Shown: one piece after another, positions 34,301 to 43,277 of the stretch
Numbering within the stretch: the stretch's first letter is position 1
Layout of the letters: each line of letters starts with the position of its first letter
NCBI GenBank assembly: GCA_000004985.1
Contig: GG738856.1
Origin: Naegleria gruberi
Taxonomy: Eukaryota
Strand: one strand, 5' to 3'
Length of the DNA: 64,000 nt
Notes under the pieces: model-generated
What the model was told of the DNA's origin: nothing
Database searches by the model: none
The model's input: only the letters and a program-made list of their open reading frames with translations
Program-made: the position numbers and the translations under genes

Positions 34301-35094
34301 CTTCTCTTGAATTGATTATCATTGTTATAACGATTTGGTGTGACTGCAGAACGACTTTGTGCTCTCTTCAAATTTTGAGTATTGATCACAGGAGTTGTAG
34401 TTGACTGACTAACATTATTACGTTTGTTATTAATAGTCAACATGCTTGGAAGTCCATTAGATGAATCATCAGACGAATCATTGGAATGAGTTGGAGAGGA
34501 TCTACTAACATTACTCTGAGTTGTACTATTACTTTGGGTTGAGTAATTACTTTGATTGCTACCAGAGGATAAACCACTCAAAATACTATTATTCAAACTA
34601 CTTCCACTGTTACTATTCAACAATGGAGTTGTTGCTGTTTTAGTAGTACTATTATTATTAGGACTATTGTAAGCAAATGATGATTGTTTGGCAACAAAAT
34701 TATTCAAATAACTTGAACCACTTGAGGTTGTTGTATTATTCATGTTATTATTATTACTACCATTCAATAGATTGTATTGATAGGAAGAGGTATTGTAGTT
34801 ATTTTCTTCCATCTTGTAATTGTTATTAGTAGTGGAACCTCCCAATAGTTGTTGTTGTTGTTGTTGATGTTGAGGAGAATACATCATTGGATGATGAGAG
34901 AGCATCATTGGATTGTTTTGCGGCATCATGTTCATTTGGTGAGAATACATCATCATTGGAGAGGATGTATTGCTGTTGTTGTTATTGTTACCCATTGAAA
35001 CATTGTTGGAGGTTGTAGTACCCATCATGTTATTATTGGGAAAGAAGAAACCCTGTTGTTGTTGTTGTTGTTGTTGTTGTTGCTTGTTATTCAT
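31384..35094 (-). CDS. Large ribonuclease-inhibitor-type leucine-rich-repeat protein with poly-Q/N and S/T-rich tracts
   Basis: At least 12 tandem 28-aa RI-like LRRs (LxxLxLxxNxIGxxGAxxLAxALxxNxxLxxLxL). N-terminal (Q)12 and N/S-rich low complexity, and a conserved C-terminal globular segment (KLEFIFKNKLLKAENPKFKGCYFIGNIVNTLKKVYPE...). Confidence 0.6.
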   Translation of the reverse strand: MNNKQQQQQQQQQQGFFFPNNNMMGTTTSNNVSMGNNNNNSNTSSPMMMYSHQMNMMPQNNPMMLSHHPMMYSPQHQQQQQQLLGGSTTNNNYKMEENNYNTSSYQYNLLNGSNNNNMNNTTTSSGSSYLNNFVAKQSSFAYNSPNNNSTTKTATTPLLNSNSGSSLNNSILSGLSSGSNQSNYSTQSNSTTQSNVSRSSPTHSNDSSDDSSNGLPSMLTINNKRNNVSQSTTTPVINTQNLKRAQSRSAVTPNRYNNDNQFKRRNDQQNNRANSVNSPTQLGNLNDVVKRSHALRTQYLSFCDQYGVKPSQEVIRLIKVAVRNQEPLLKLSICHAQADDNHIKALVHALTSVQNDRNNRGGNNNRKGSNLNTNQTLFDVNEILLNHNNISDVGANLIIKELLLPQSPYHKQIISIELFGNELTDACCELVAEMLKTNKVLKRLKLGDNKIGPEGARILGEGLKHNQTLTQLHLGGNKVDVVGIKSIADALINNTSLTSLGLRDNGIGSDGMKYLAETLKSNTQLSDIQLKGNSIKAMGASCLSTALITNQSLKVLELQSNAIGPVGVKSLCQALKDNHSVHALNFNDNELGDEGALYVANLLKVNPSITTLGLANNRIRKKGAVALAEALKCEQTAVTGLDLGNNEIGNGGAVALSAALAVNTVLTSLDLRSCEIHLKGILALSNMAETNTTLRHLDLGANYAKNQGASSWAQVLSKNRSLTRLCLTDNQIYHEGGEALAIGLQSNYTLRNFSYGGQGPQQNKIDSSIRRIIDSIVTENKKYWEQNQTSSEVTYPSNNQMRTIDISKMRLQQQLYFSRMTNEENGQTDELGDQDNLSGSDENNSVSDTLMSPSEFSAMSPMYPQSPSVDGKSYNSMPNWLLSSVHIPRSNIDPEEIDFKLEFIFKNKLLKAENPKFKGCYFIGNIVNTLKKVYPETRIDEGQLVQFAMNNPKYQVHLSREMVKTQMKYLGDQESAKTPTLNTSASSSSSEPPTLMPIQKKSSMRTGKTPSGLTSPNEVKKTVRYEAPSNSTPKMSNNTTTSTSGSNDNDISTSTCPQTPPSPTLQIKTNFQAPLNKRAYTDPGILGGLGNSTSNLLSNGPSLMESGNLFSLYSPPYQSIFNPQSQSGNPSGLGRTLSPFLDSNSFGMGSFASPMTQNTIGYPPSTFSMFGQSPSHLTSNSANNLSNSSPYFVGNSPNKPSTPGASQTASNQSVHERTESDETYHRYDSMVDKLLQ
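35055..35084 (-). repeat. (TTG)n / (CAA)n microsatellite encoding the poly-Gln tract at the start of the LRR gene
   Basis: ctgttgttgttgttgttgttgttgttgttgc on the plus strand; this is (CAA)n on the coding strand. Confidence 0.8.
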
Positions 35095-35516
35095 GTTCGA
35101 ATCTTTATAAAAGCTTTAAATACTTCGTTCAAAATAATTTTGTAATGGTGGTGGAGGGATATAGTCAATATATTTGTAATTGTCAAGATTTCCGGACAAT
35201 AAATATGAGAGTACTGGGTTTTAAATACTCTCTTTGAATTCTATGATATGTACAGCACTACAATGTATGAATGTAGTAGTATTAGAAATTTGTAATGCTC
35301 AAGCGTCTAAAACTGTCCTGACAGGTGTTGGTAGTCAGCTGCTGCTTGTCGGTAAAAGAATTTTTTTGTTTTATTTTTGACAAGACCAGTCATACAAATT
35401 TCAATTTGGCTCTGCAAGACACTTGCCATTCGTGTTGAAATGAATGTTTCCCAAGCAGGAAAGGCAAAATAAATCACAACTCTTAATTCCTGCATGGAAA
35501 TTAAATGGTAGAATTG

Positions 35517-36308
35517 TTATTCGAATTGTGAAAACAAAGTGGAAAATGTATCATTGGATGCCACTCTGCTAACATAACGATTTGGTTGCAAAGGAGAGAA
35601 TAAATCGACTTCCTCACGGGGTTGCTGTTGCCTAAAAAGATTGAATTTCGTATCTGGTTGATGAGCCTGTTGGTTGATTTGCTCTTCGAACTCGAAAGAA
35701 CCACAGCTGCCGGCTTGTGTATTTGAAAAGAGGCTATTCTTGTGGATATTTCCTTGTGCTTTGATTGGAGAGAATGGTGCAGGATTGTAATCAGAGTCAA
35801 AGGAGGTTGCACTCTTAAAGAATGGAGTAGAATTGTTTGATGAATCAATTCTCTTGCTTGGAGTGAATGGTCCATTGGAGAAAGGAGTTGTTGATTGAGC
35901 AGAAGGACGGAAAATGTCATCTTCTGAATATTGTACAGAGTTATTATTCAGATTTGAAAATTGGAAAGGATTATTCGTTGATTGTTCAATCGTTCCAAAG
36001 TTTGCAAAGGTTGGAGGCAAAGATGAATTAAATATCTTTGAAGATTTTGAGTTGAGGCTTATTGGTTGATAGGAAGTTTCTTGAGAGTAAAACACAGACT
36101 TCAATTGGTTAGGAATGGTAAACATATCATTGCTACGATTGTCTTGTTTGATTTTCCTTCTGGTTGACTTGGGAGTTGATGGTTGAGCGAAACTTGAAGA
36201 TCCCTTGCTTCCCTTGATGAATTGAGAATCAGATTGTGAGGTCTCCTCAATCATCTTTCTCTTCAGCAAGCCTTCAACATGAACTCTCTTGTTTGTTCGA
36301 TCGGTCAT
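35517..36308 (-). CDS. Hypothetical S/N/F-rich low-complexity protein
   Basis: 263-aa ORF with a clean ATG. Composition-biased with no recognisable domain. A second overlapping frame (35501..35920) was rejected. Confidence 0.3.
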   Translation of the reverse strand: MTDRTNKRVHVEGLLKRKMIEETSQSDSQFIKGSKGSSSFAQPSTPKSTRRKIKQDNRSNDMFTIPNQLKSVFYSQETSYQPISLNSKSSKIFNSSLPPTFANFGTIEQSTNNPFQFSNLNNNSVQYSEDDIFRPSAQSTTPFSNGPFTPSKRIDSSNNSTPFFKSATSFDSDYNPAPFSPIKAQGNIHKNSLFSNTQAGSCGSFEFEEQINQQAHQPDTKFNLFRQQQPREEVDLFSPLQPNRYVSRVASNDTFSTLFSQFE

Positions 36309-36555
36309 GTTACATCAAACCTTAATGTATTAATACAGTATTGGTGAAGTTGTCTAGTTGTGCTATTTTTTTTGTAGGATGTTCAGAGTTTTCTTTTGGC
36401 GGGAATAATACAATTCCGAGCAATTAAGAACAATGAAATTAAGCTTTCGGTTTTAAGGAACCATTAATATGATTCAACATAAGGTTAACATTAACTAATG
36501 CGTTTGAGGTTGTTTCTATTCTATGAATTAAATACAAAGAATTAAGATAAATGAT

Positions 36556-36673
36556 GGCTACGGCCATATCACGATTCATGCACCTCATCCCGTCCGATTT
36601 GAGAAGTTAAGCATCGTCGAGCCACATCAGTACTGAGGTTGGAGACAACTTGGGAACCTGTGGTGCTGTAGTC
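36556..36673 (+). rRNA. 5S rRNA: 5S ribosomal RNA, copy 1
   Basis: GGCTACGGCCATA...CCCGTCCGATTTGAGAAGTTAAGC...GTACTGAGG...GGGAACCTGTGGTGCTGTAGTC matches eukaryotic 5S helices I-V and loop C. A T6 run (pol III terminator) follows immediately. Conserved upstream box gaattaagataaatga. Confidence 0.85.
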
Positions 36674-36772
36674 TTTTTTATTAAACTCAATTCTGTGTAC
36701 ATCAAAAACTAATATAAATGATAAGATTCGTTAGTTTTGGTAAATTGCATTTTGAAATTCACTTTTAAAAAA

Positions 36773-38278
36773 ATGTCAACCAACAATCTCGCACAATGTT
36801 CATCTATTTTATCAATCGATACGTTGTCTATTGTTGTGTCCTATATTTCATTACATGATTTATGTTCATTCCGATGTGTTTCTTCTGATTGGAATCAGGC
36901 AATTAATTTTTATACAAATAATCATCATGATCACGATGATCAATTGATAAATATTGAAACTCTTACTCAATCAAGTCCTACTGATGCTGATTGCCATAAC
37001 AATAGAACGATTGGTGTATTTTGGCTGGATAAATTCAAATCATTCCTATACGAAAGAGATGATCGATTGAAGGAACTGTTCTATGTTGAACATTTGAAAT
37101 TTAGAGAATATGTGGAAAGGTATTTCTACTTTCATGAAAGAAGGAGGTGTTTAAAGAGATTTAAAAAAGTGGAAAACAAAATTAAGAATAATTCTACAAT
37201 TGTTTCTAAATTTGATTATGATTATTTGAAATCTCAAGTTAATTGTTCAAATTGGGATTCTATTTCTCGATTTATTCACAATATTTTGAATAATCCCAAT
37301 AGAGTGATTGAATATGTTGAAAGTATTTATGATTTTAAAGATATTTTTAGTAATAATTTAATTTATAGCGATAAATTTATTAAGGAATGTGTTAATTATA
37401 ATAGATTTTTAAAAAATCTAATTATTTATTTCGATAATAATGAAAATATTTCTGAAAATGTTTATAATTTTATCGTGAATAATTATTTTGATAATAACAA
37501 CATTCAAGGTTTCATTATAAATGATTCAGTAAAATTATGTAAATTATTAGCACTATTAAAGGATAAATCTATAACACTGGATTTGAAAGATTACAACTAT
37601 TTGAAAATAATGTTATTGAAATCAATTTTTATTGGATATGAGCATTGCAAAGAATTAAAAAATTTAATAATTTTGAAATGTAAAACACCAGAAAATTTTT
37701 TTTATGGAGGTACATTTGAAAATATTCTAAATTTGGTTAATAATAACTTGCAAAAAATTGACAATGATTCATTTCTGAAAATAGTTAATTTATCTACATT
37801 GTTCAATGTGAATATTAAGGATTATTTGGATTATTGTATTGAAATATTTTCATCTCAAGAATTGCAATATCAAGTAATGGATTATAAATGTGAACATGAG
37901 TTTAATAATAATGTATCTAAAATTGATGAATATTTCCATAAAATATTTCCAAATATGAAATGTCTCCAGACAGCTGGTGTGGAAAAGTACTATATTAAAA
38001 AATTAAATAGAAATATGTTTACTGTTGTAGATAATAATAATTACATTATCCACAAAGTGAAACGTATCAAATGTTACTGGGATTTTTTTTTGTTAGGTAG
38101 ATATTTAGACGAGCAATTTAGAGAAAATAGAGAATTAAATTATTTTAAACTAGAGAAAGATATGTGTTGGTTGAATTTGGACACACTGATGGGTAGTATT
38201 GAACTGGGCTCAGATGAAAAATCAAAAATTGAAGAGAATTGTGCTTTAATAGCACCTAGATATAGTTATCGTTTTTGA
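36773..38278 (+). CDS. F-box-like protein with a long N/K/Y/I-rich low-complexity body
   Basis: The N-terminal SIDTLSIVVSYISLHDLCSFRCVSSDWNQAI fits the F-box consensus. The ORF is continuous to 38278. The ATG is at 36773; the track start at 36737 is not ATG. Confidence 0.45.
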   Translation: MSTNNLAQCSSILSIDTLSIVVSYISLHDLCSFRCVSSDWNQAINFYTNNHHDHDDQLINIETLTQSSPTDADCHNNRTIGVFWLDKFKSFLYERDDRLKELFYVEHLKFREYVERYFYFHERRRCLKRFKKVENKIKNNSTIVSKFDYDYLKSQVNCSNWDSISRFIHNILNNPNRVIEYVESIYDFKDIFSNNLIYSDKFIKECVNYNRFLKNLIIYFDNNENISENVYNFIVNNYFDNNNIQGFIINDSVKLCKLLALLKDKSITLDLKDYNYLKIMLLKSIFIGYEHCKELKNLIILKCKTPENFFYGGTFENILNLVNNNLQKIDNDSFLKIVNLSTLFNVNIKDYLDYCIEIFSSQELQYQVMDYKCEHEFNNNVSKIDEYFHKIFPNMKCLQTAGVEKYYIKKLNRNMFTVVDNNNYIIHKVKRIKCYWDFFLLGRYLDEQFRENRELNYFKLEKDMCWLNLDTLMGSIELGSDEKSKIEENCALIAPRYSYRF

Positions 38279-38723
38279 TTAGGAATTTATATGATACCAA
38301 AATTTGTTATTAATCCAATCCATTAAAAACAAGAATATGTACTTCTGACCAACCATAAGAGGATTTTTCAATTCAATTCAATGGATTTGTTTCTAAATCA
38401 AAATTTCAAACATGTCAGCTAATTGTCTAATAAAATGTTCAGAAGCCATGTAGATTTCCAATAATAGTTCCATCAACTTTGACTTAATAAACTCCAAGTC
38501 TTTTCTCAATTCATTCATCTGCATACCTATAGATGTGTTCCATCCTGTTTAAAAGTCAATATTCTTTTTCACCGAGTCTGTATGGTCCACTGTTTCACAT
38601 CCATATAAGTTGGAATTGTGAATTTCTTTGTTATTACTATCATAAAGTCCTATATGAAAATGTAATGGGTAAATTTTTAAACAGACATACTGTATCTCAA
38701 TAAAAGAAATAGTTTATAAAAAA

Positions 38724-38841
38724 GACTACAGCACCACAGGTTCCCAAGTTGTCTCCAACCTCAGTACTGATGTGGCTCGACGATGCTTAACTTCTCAAAT
38801 CGGACGGGATGAGGTGCATGAATCGTGATATGGCCGTAATC
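38724..38841 (-). rRNA. 5S rRNA: 5S ribosomal RNA, copy 2 (variant 5' end)
   Basis: Reverse complement matches copy 1 except at the 5' end, GATTACGGCC vs GGCTACGGCC; helix I still pairs. The same upstream box (attgtttttatactaagaattaagataaatga) and a T-run terminator are present. Confidence 0.8.
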
Positions 38842-38974
38842 ATTTATCTTAATTCTTAGTATAAAAACAATCTCAATTAATTGGAAACTAGAAACTGTCT
38901 TTGTAAGTTTTTTCTTTTCATTCCAACAAACAAATCAATTAATTAAGGAGTTGACATTATCAGTTAATTAACAA

Positions 38975-39754
38975 CTACAGATATATATAATTATTCTTTT
39001 CCAGTTCAATGTATTTAACACCCCATTCGAATATATCTTCGTTAACATTTGTGAGAAATCCAAAGGTATCTGCACTTTCAAATAATGGAAATCTTGTGTT
39101 AGCGAATGGATACGAAACAGCAAGAATTATTCCCCTACCAAATGATAAAAATTCCAGATATCCAAACTCCAAATCATCAGTACTAAAGTACAATCTGCAT
39201 GGTTCTGTATTGTACTTTCTTGACTTGGAAGAAAATTCATCATATTCAATACTCTCCATTTGAGTTACAATTCTGATATCACTCAATTGCTCTTCTCTCA
39301 CTCCACTATATACGAAACCACTCTTAATATTATTCGAATGAGCTTTCAGTAAATATTTAAACTCCTCTAGTGATCCACATTTACATAATTCACCATTTAG
39401 TTTTCCAACTGCTCGTTTCTCTGTAGCAATTGGATGTTTCTTCGTTTCACTTTTGTAACAACAAGCATGGTCAATACTCATTGCTTCATACATACTTTGT
39501 AAACATAGAGAAAGATCCTTCCCCAAATATTGATAAAACTTTCGATAGTGAATTACTTCACCAAATTGTTGCAATGTGTAGAATTCTTCACCATTAGTTT
39601 CGTCCACTTTCGGAGGATGCAATGTTAAATCATAGGCATCTATTGGATAGGATGTACCAGTTTCTTTCTGATGTTTTTCTATGGCCTCTTTGAATGGTTT
39701 GGCCATAATTCTGCAATCTCCGGTGGCTTTAAGAAAGTAACTATGCAAACCCAT
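38975..39754 (-). CDS. Hypothetical protein
   Basis: 259-aa ORF with an aaaaaaaaATG context. Non-repetitive and Cys-containing; no family recognised. Confidence 0.4.
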   Translation of the reverse strand: MGLHSYFLKATGDCRIMAKPFKEAIEKHQKETGTSYPIDAYDLTLHPPKVDETNGEEFYTLQQFGEVIHYRKFYQYLGKDLSLCLQSMYEAMSIDHACCYKSETKKHPIATEKRAVGKLNGELCKCGSLEEFKYLLKAHSNNIKSGFVYSGVREEQLSDIRIVTQMESIEYDEFSSKSRKYNTEPCRLYFSTDDLEFGYLEFLSFGRGIILAVSYPFANTRFPLFESADTFGFLTNVNEDIFEWGVKYIELEKNNYIYL

Positions 39755-39832
39755 TTTTTTTTAAAAATTTATTTTATATTTAATTGACTTGTTGTAATCA
39801 AAATATTTAATATTTAATTAATTTACAAAAAT

Positions 39833-40765
39833 TTAGTTTTTAAAGTTTTCAATATTAATTTCACGATCAACCATAATACCTGCTTTTTGACCTGAGGCCA
39901 CAGCCAATGCCACGCTTCTCATGTAGGTTGTGGCATCTCCTGCAGCATACACACCCTCAACAGTGGTCTTTTGGAGAGAATCGACAATAATTTCATTGGT
40001 TGTGGTCAATTCACATCCCAATTGTTTGGCCAAGTTGTTTCCTTGAGTTGTCTTTGGTTTCAGATAAATTACATCAAGTTCAATTTCAGAAGAATCCTTA
40101 AAAACAATCTTTTGAACTCTACCTTGATGATGAATGAGCTTTTCAATGGGTTTCTCAATAATTTGGATTCCATTTTTAACATGTACTAAATGTTGTTGCT
40201 CTGGAGTGAGAGTACAAGGGCCATCAGTCAGCAATATTAAATCCTTTGCCCAATTACTGATCATTACACATGAATCGAAGGTCTTTTCATTATTCGAAAT
40301 GAGGGCTGTTTGCTTTCCAATCTCCTCATAACCATGACAATATGGACAATGAAGAACAGAAATTCCCCAACATTCAGAAACTCCCTGAATGAGTGGAAAC
40401 TCATCTTTGAGACCTGATGCCAAAATCACCTTTCTAGAATGATAGATTCCATTATTGGTTTCTACTTGAAATCTGCTGCTGCATTCGCCCTTACTTGCCT
40501 TCAAAACCTCCTCCATCCTATACGAAACAGTTGAATATTTGAGAACTTGCTCAAGGGCTTTTTTGCTAATTTGTGATGGAGCTTCACCATCATGCAGAAT
40601 GAAATTGTGAGAGAATGGAGTTTGTCTATTGCATGGCTTGTTAGTGTCGAAAATCAGGACTGATTTTGATGCTCTTCCTAATGCCATAGCTGCTGATAAA
40701 CCTGCAAAGCTACCTCCAATAATGATAACATCGACGAGTGAGGTTGATAAGTGTTGTTGGATCAT
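39833..40765 (-). CDS. FAD-dependent pyridine-nucleotide disulfide oxidoreductase (bacterial thioredoxin-reductase-like)
   Basis: FAD motif VDVIIIGGSFAGLSAAMALGR, redox-active HCPYCHGYE, second dinucleotide motif TALISNNEKTFD and C-terminal GVYAAGDA. Intronless 310-aa ORF, bacterial-like in architecture. Confidence 0.65.
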   Translation of the reverse strand: MIQQHLSTSLVDVIIIGGSFAGLSAAMALGRASKSVLIFDTNKPCNRQTPFSHNFILHDGEAPSQISKKALEQVLKYSTVSYRMEEVLKASKGECSSRFQVETNNGIYHSRKVILASGLKDEFPLIQGVSECWGISVLHCPYCHGYEEIGKQTALISNNEKTFDSCVMISNWAKDLILLTDGPCTLTPEQQHLVHVKNGIQIIEKPIEKLIHHQGRVQKIVFKDSSEIELDVIYLKPKTTQGNNLAKQLGCELTTTNEIIVDSLQKTTVEGVYAAGDATTYMRSVALAVASGQKAGIMVDREINIENFKN

Positions 40766-41130
40766 TTTTTTTGATTGAAAATATTTCTAAAAAAAGCATG
40801 CTAAGGAATGTATAATTATACTACTTTTTTATTCGAAATTCTTCATGTTCAATGAGTAGAAATGCAAATTCAACCCTTAAATCCACCATTTGGGTATTAT
40901 TCATACATCTTCAATGAAATGCATTGAAATCCATTCATATTCTAATTGCACATTTTCTCCTCATCGCTTTGTTTTTAAATGTATTGTATTTTTTAACACA
41001 AAATGTCTCAATTCCTTAGTGGAAAGCCATCAAAGAAGACTTTCCTCATCCGATGTATTAAATTTCAATCATTCCGTATAGAGCTTTGATGAACTTTGAA
41101 ATTTAAAAATAAGATCCAATTACAAAAAAA

Positions 41131-42330
41131 ATGTCAACACATGGTGGGGAACTCTATCACCAGCTTCCATCAGAAATCATCATGGAAATTCTGTCCTATT
41201 TAGAATTTGAAGCCAAGTTGTGCAGTGGAAAATCTTCAACATTTTTCAAGTATTATTTTGGAAGATTTAGAACAGGAAATATTTGCTTCTTATTCAAGAA
41301 TTTGTGTTGGGATCAAACGAGGGTGGAAGAATCATTTGAAAGACAAGTGATAAATATTGAACTTTGTGCCAATGATGGAAAGAGAATTGACTTGATAGAA
41401 GGTGAAAAATCGAATATTTTGAAACCAAACCTCCAGAAACATAATACTGAAGAAAAAGTAATTGAAAATTTGGAAAGAACATTCAAAAATGTGGATACAG
41501 ATTTGGTTAAATCAATTCACTTATCTAGTGACGATCTTCCAGAATATGTTTCTCAATGGGCATTGAAAAAGTTTACAAGTTCGGAAAATATTAATATTAG
41601 ATGTGATTATTATTCTAATAGTGATTATGGTCTCTCAAGCTTGGCTTCTTTAATTGCAAAGTGTAGAAATTTGAAGAAATTGACATTGGATTGTATTGAT
41701 TCAAGCTCATTAATTGAACATTTTATTGAAATATCAAAAAACACTCCTCAATTAGAATATTTCAAAAACAAATCATTAACATCAATTTTTACAGCGCCAG
41801 AAATATTTGAAAATTGGAAGAATATCAAAGAGATTTATTCCGTTATTTATCTAATAAGAGGTGAAATTACAGAAGATCCAACAAGTGAGCAAGTTGTTGA
41901 ATCATTTGCAGCCATAAATAAGTTGAAATATTTGGAGAAGATGGTACTCACAACATTGAGATTAAGCTTGTCATATGCTGAGTTTTCTGATTATTTGATG
42001 GATTCAATTTCCAAAAATAGTCAATTGAAAGAGCTTTCATTTGAGAATGGTGGATATAGGGAAAATCTCACAAGGTTGACCCCTGAAACATTTAAACAAT
42101 TGGAAACCTTTAAAATGTTTAGTATTACGAATGAATTAGCAGAACATTTCTCTAAATTTGAGTCTATTAAGAAACTCTCCATCAAATATGCTGAAATAGA
42201 TCAGTTTGGATTGGAATCTTTATTAAAATTACCAAAATTAGAAAAGGTAATTTATTCGAAGGGTTTCAATGCACTTGAATTTGATTTACCACAAAATGGG
42301 AAGATAGTTTTTGAGAAACTAAAAAGTTAG
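41131..42330 (+). CDS. F-box / LRR-like protein
   Basis: The N-terminal LPSEIIMEILSYLEFEAKL is an F-box. The remainder has an irregular leucine-rich periodicity (LKKLTLDCIDSSSLIEHF..., LKELSFENGGY...). Confidence 0.5.
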   Translation: MSTHGGELYHQLPSEIIMEILSYLEFEAKLCSGKSSTFFKYYFGRFRTGNICFLFKNLCWDQTRVEESFERQVINIELCANDGKRIDLIEGEKSNILKPNLQKHNTEEKVIENLERTFKNVDTDLVKSIHLSSDDLPEYVSQWALKKFTSSENINIRCDYYSNSDYGLSSLASLIAKCRNLKKLTLDCIDSSSLIEHFIEISKNTPQLEYFKNKSLTSIFTAPEIFENWKNIKEIYSVIYLIRGEITEDPTSEQVVESFAAINKLKYLEKMVLTTLRLSLSYAEFSDYLMDSISKNSQLKELSFENGGYRENLTRLTPETFKQLETFKMFSITNELAEHFSKFESIKKLSIKYAEIDQFGLESLLKLPKLEKVIYSKGFNALEFDLPQNGKIVFEKLKS

Positions 42331-42509
42331 GTCAACCATTTATTAAGATAGCAACATTATCAGGCCATCCTTAAGTACTTTAAAACAAACGAAACATATT
42401 GATAGTACAAATTCAGTGGCTGAACAATTGGTTTTGAATAAAGGATTATCAGCAATTGCTTAATGACTGTTATGAGATTGTTTTTATACTAAGAATTAAG
42501 ATAAATGAT

Positions 42510-42627
42510 GGCTACGGCCATATCACGATGAATACACCTCATCCCGTCCGATTTGAGAAGTTAAGCATCGTCGAGCCACATCAGTACTGAGGTTGGAGAC
42601 AACTTGGGAACCTGTGGTGCTGTAGTC
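42510..42627 (+). rRNA. 5S rRNA: 5S ribosomal RNA, copy 3
   Basis: Near-identical to copy 1, differing at GATGAATACACC vs GATTCATGCACC. Same upstream box and a T-rich terminator. Confidence 0.85.
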
Positions 42628-43277
42628 TTTTCTTTTTTATATGTTCATCAATGCCATTCTATATTAACTTTTTCTACGTCATAGAACAATTTGAAAGTTC
42701 AATAATTTATGATTAAAAGCTTATTAAAATTTTTAACCACAATTATTAATAGAATGTAAATTAATTGAATACATAGAGAGATCAACATTCATCATTCCAT
42801 AGCAATCACACTGCAATCCAACAACCAAAGGTATCATCAAAAGGCAACTTATGGGTTTGAGTACTCGATTGTGAAGTGGGTACACTAGCTCAGTTGTCTT
42901 TTTTCTATTTCCTAATCAATGAGTGTTTTTGGAGTATGTTGATACTTGGAAGCAAGTCTTTTCCTCATTTAAATTCAACTTTTTCTTCATATCCAGCAGA
43001 AATGAAACCTACAATCAAAATAACTATTGAATTGTAACATGTTGCAATTTCACAGAGAACTAATTGAGTGTGAAATGCATTTATTAAACTCAATTCTATA
43101 CATCAAAAACTATAAAACTAAAAACGATAATTGAACAATATCTTAATTTTCATTTAGAAACTGAGTTTTTATTAGCTCGTGCTCATAAACCATGTTAAAA
43201 ATTTTCACTTTTTCAAAAACTTCCTCTTTTCAAAAACGGACCAAATTTGTAGAATTATAGATGACCTCAAAGAAAAA

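Noticed and set aside
35501-35920. Alternative-frame ORF overlapping the 35517..36308 gene
   Set aside because: It has the same strand and region as the longer ORF, which starts at a clean ATG. The shorter frame has no start context.
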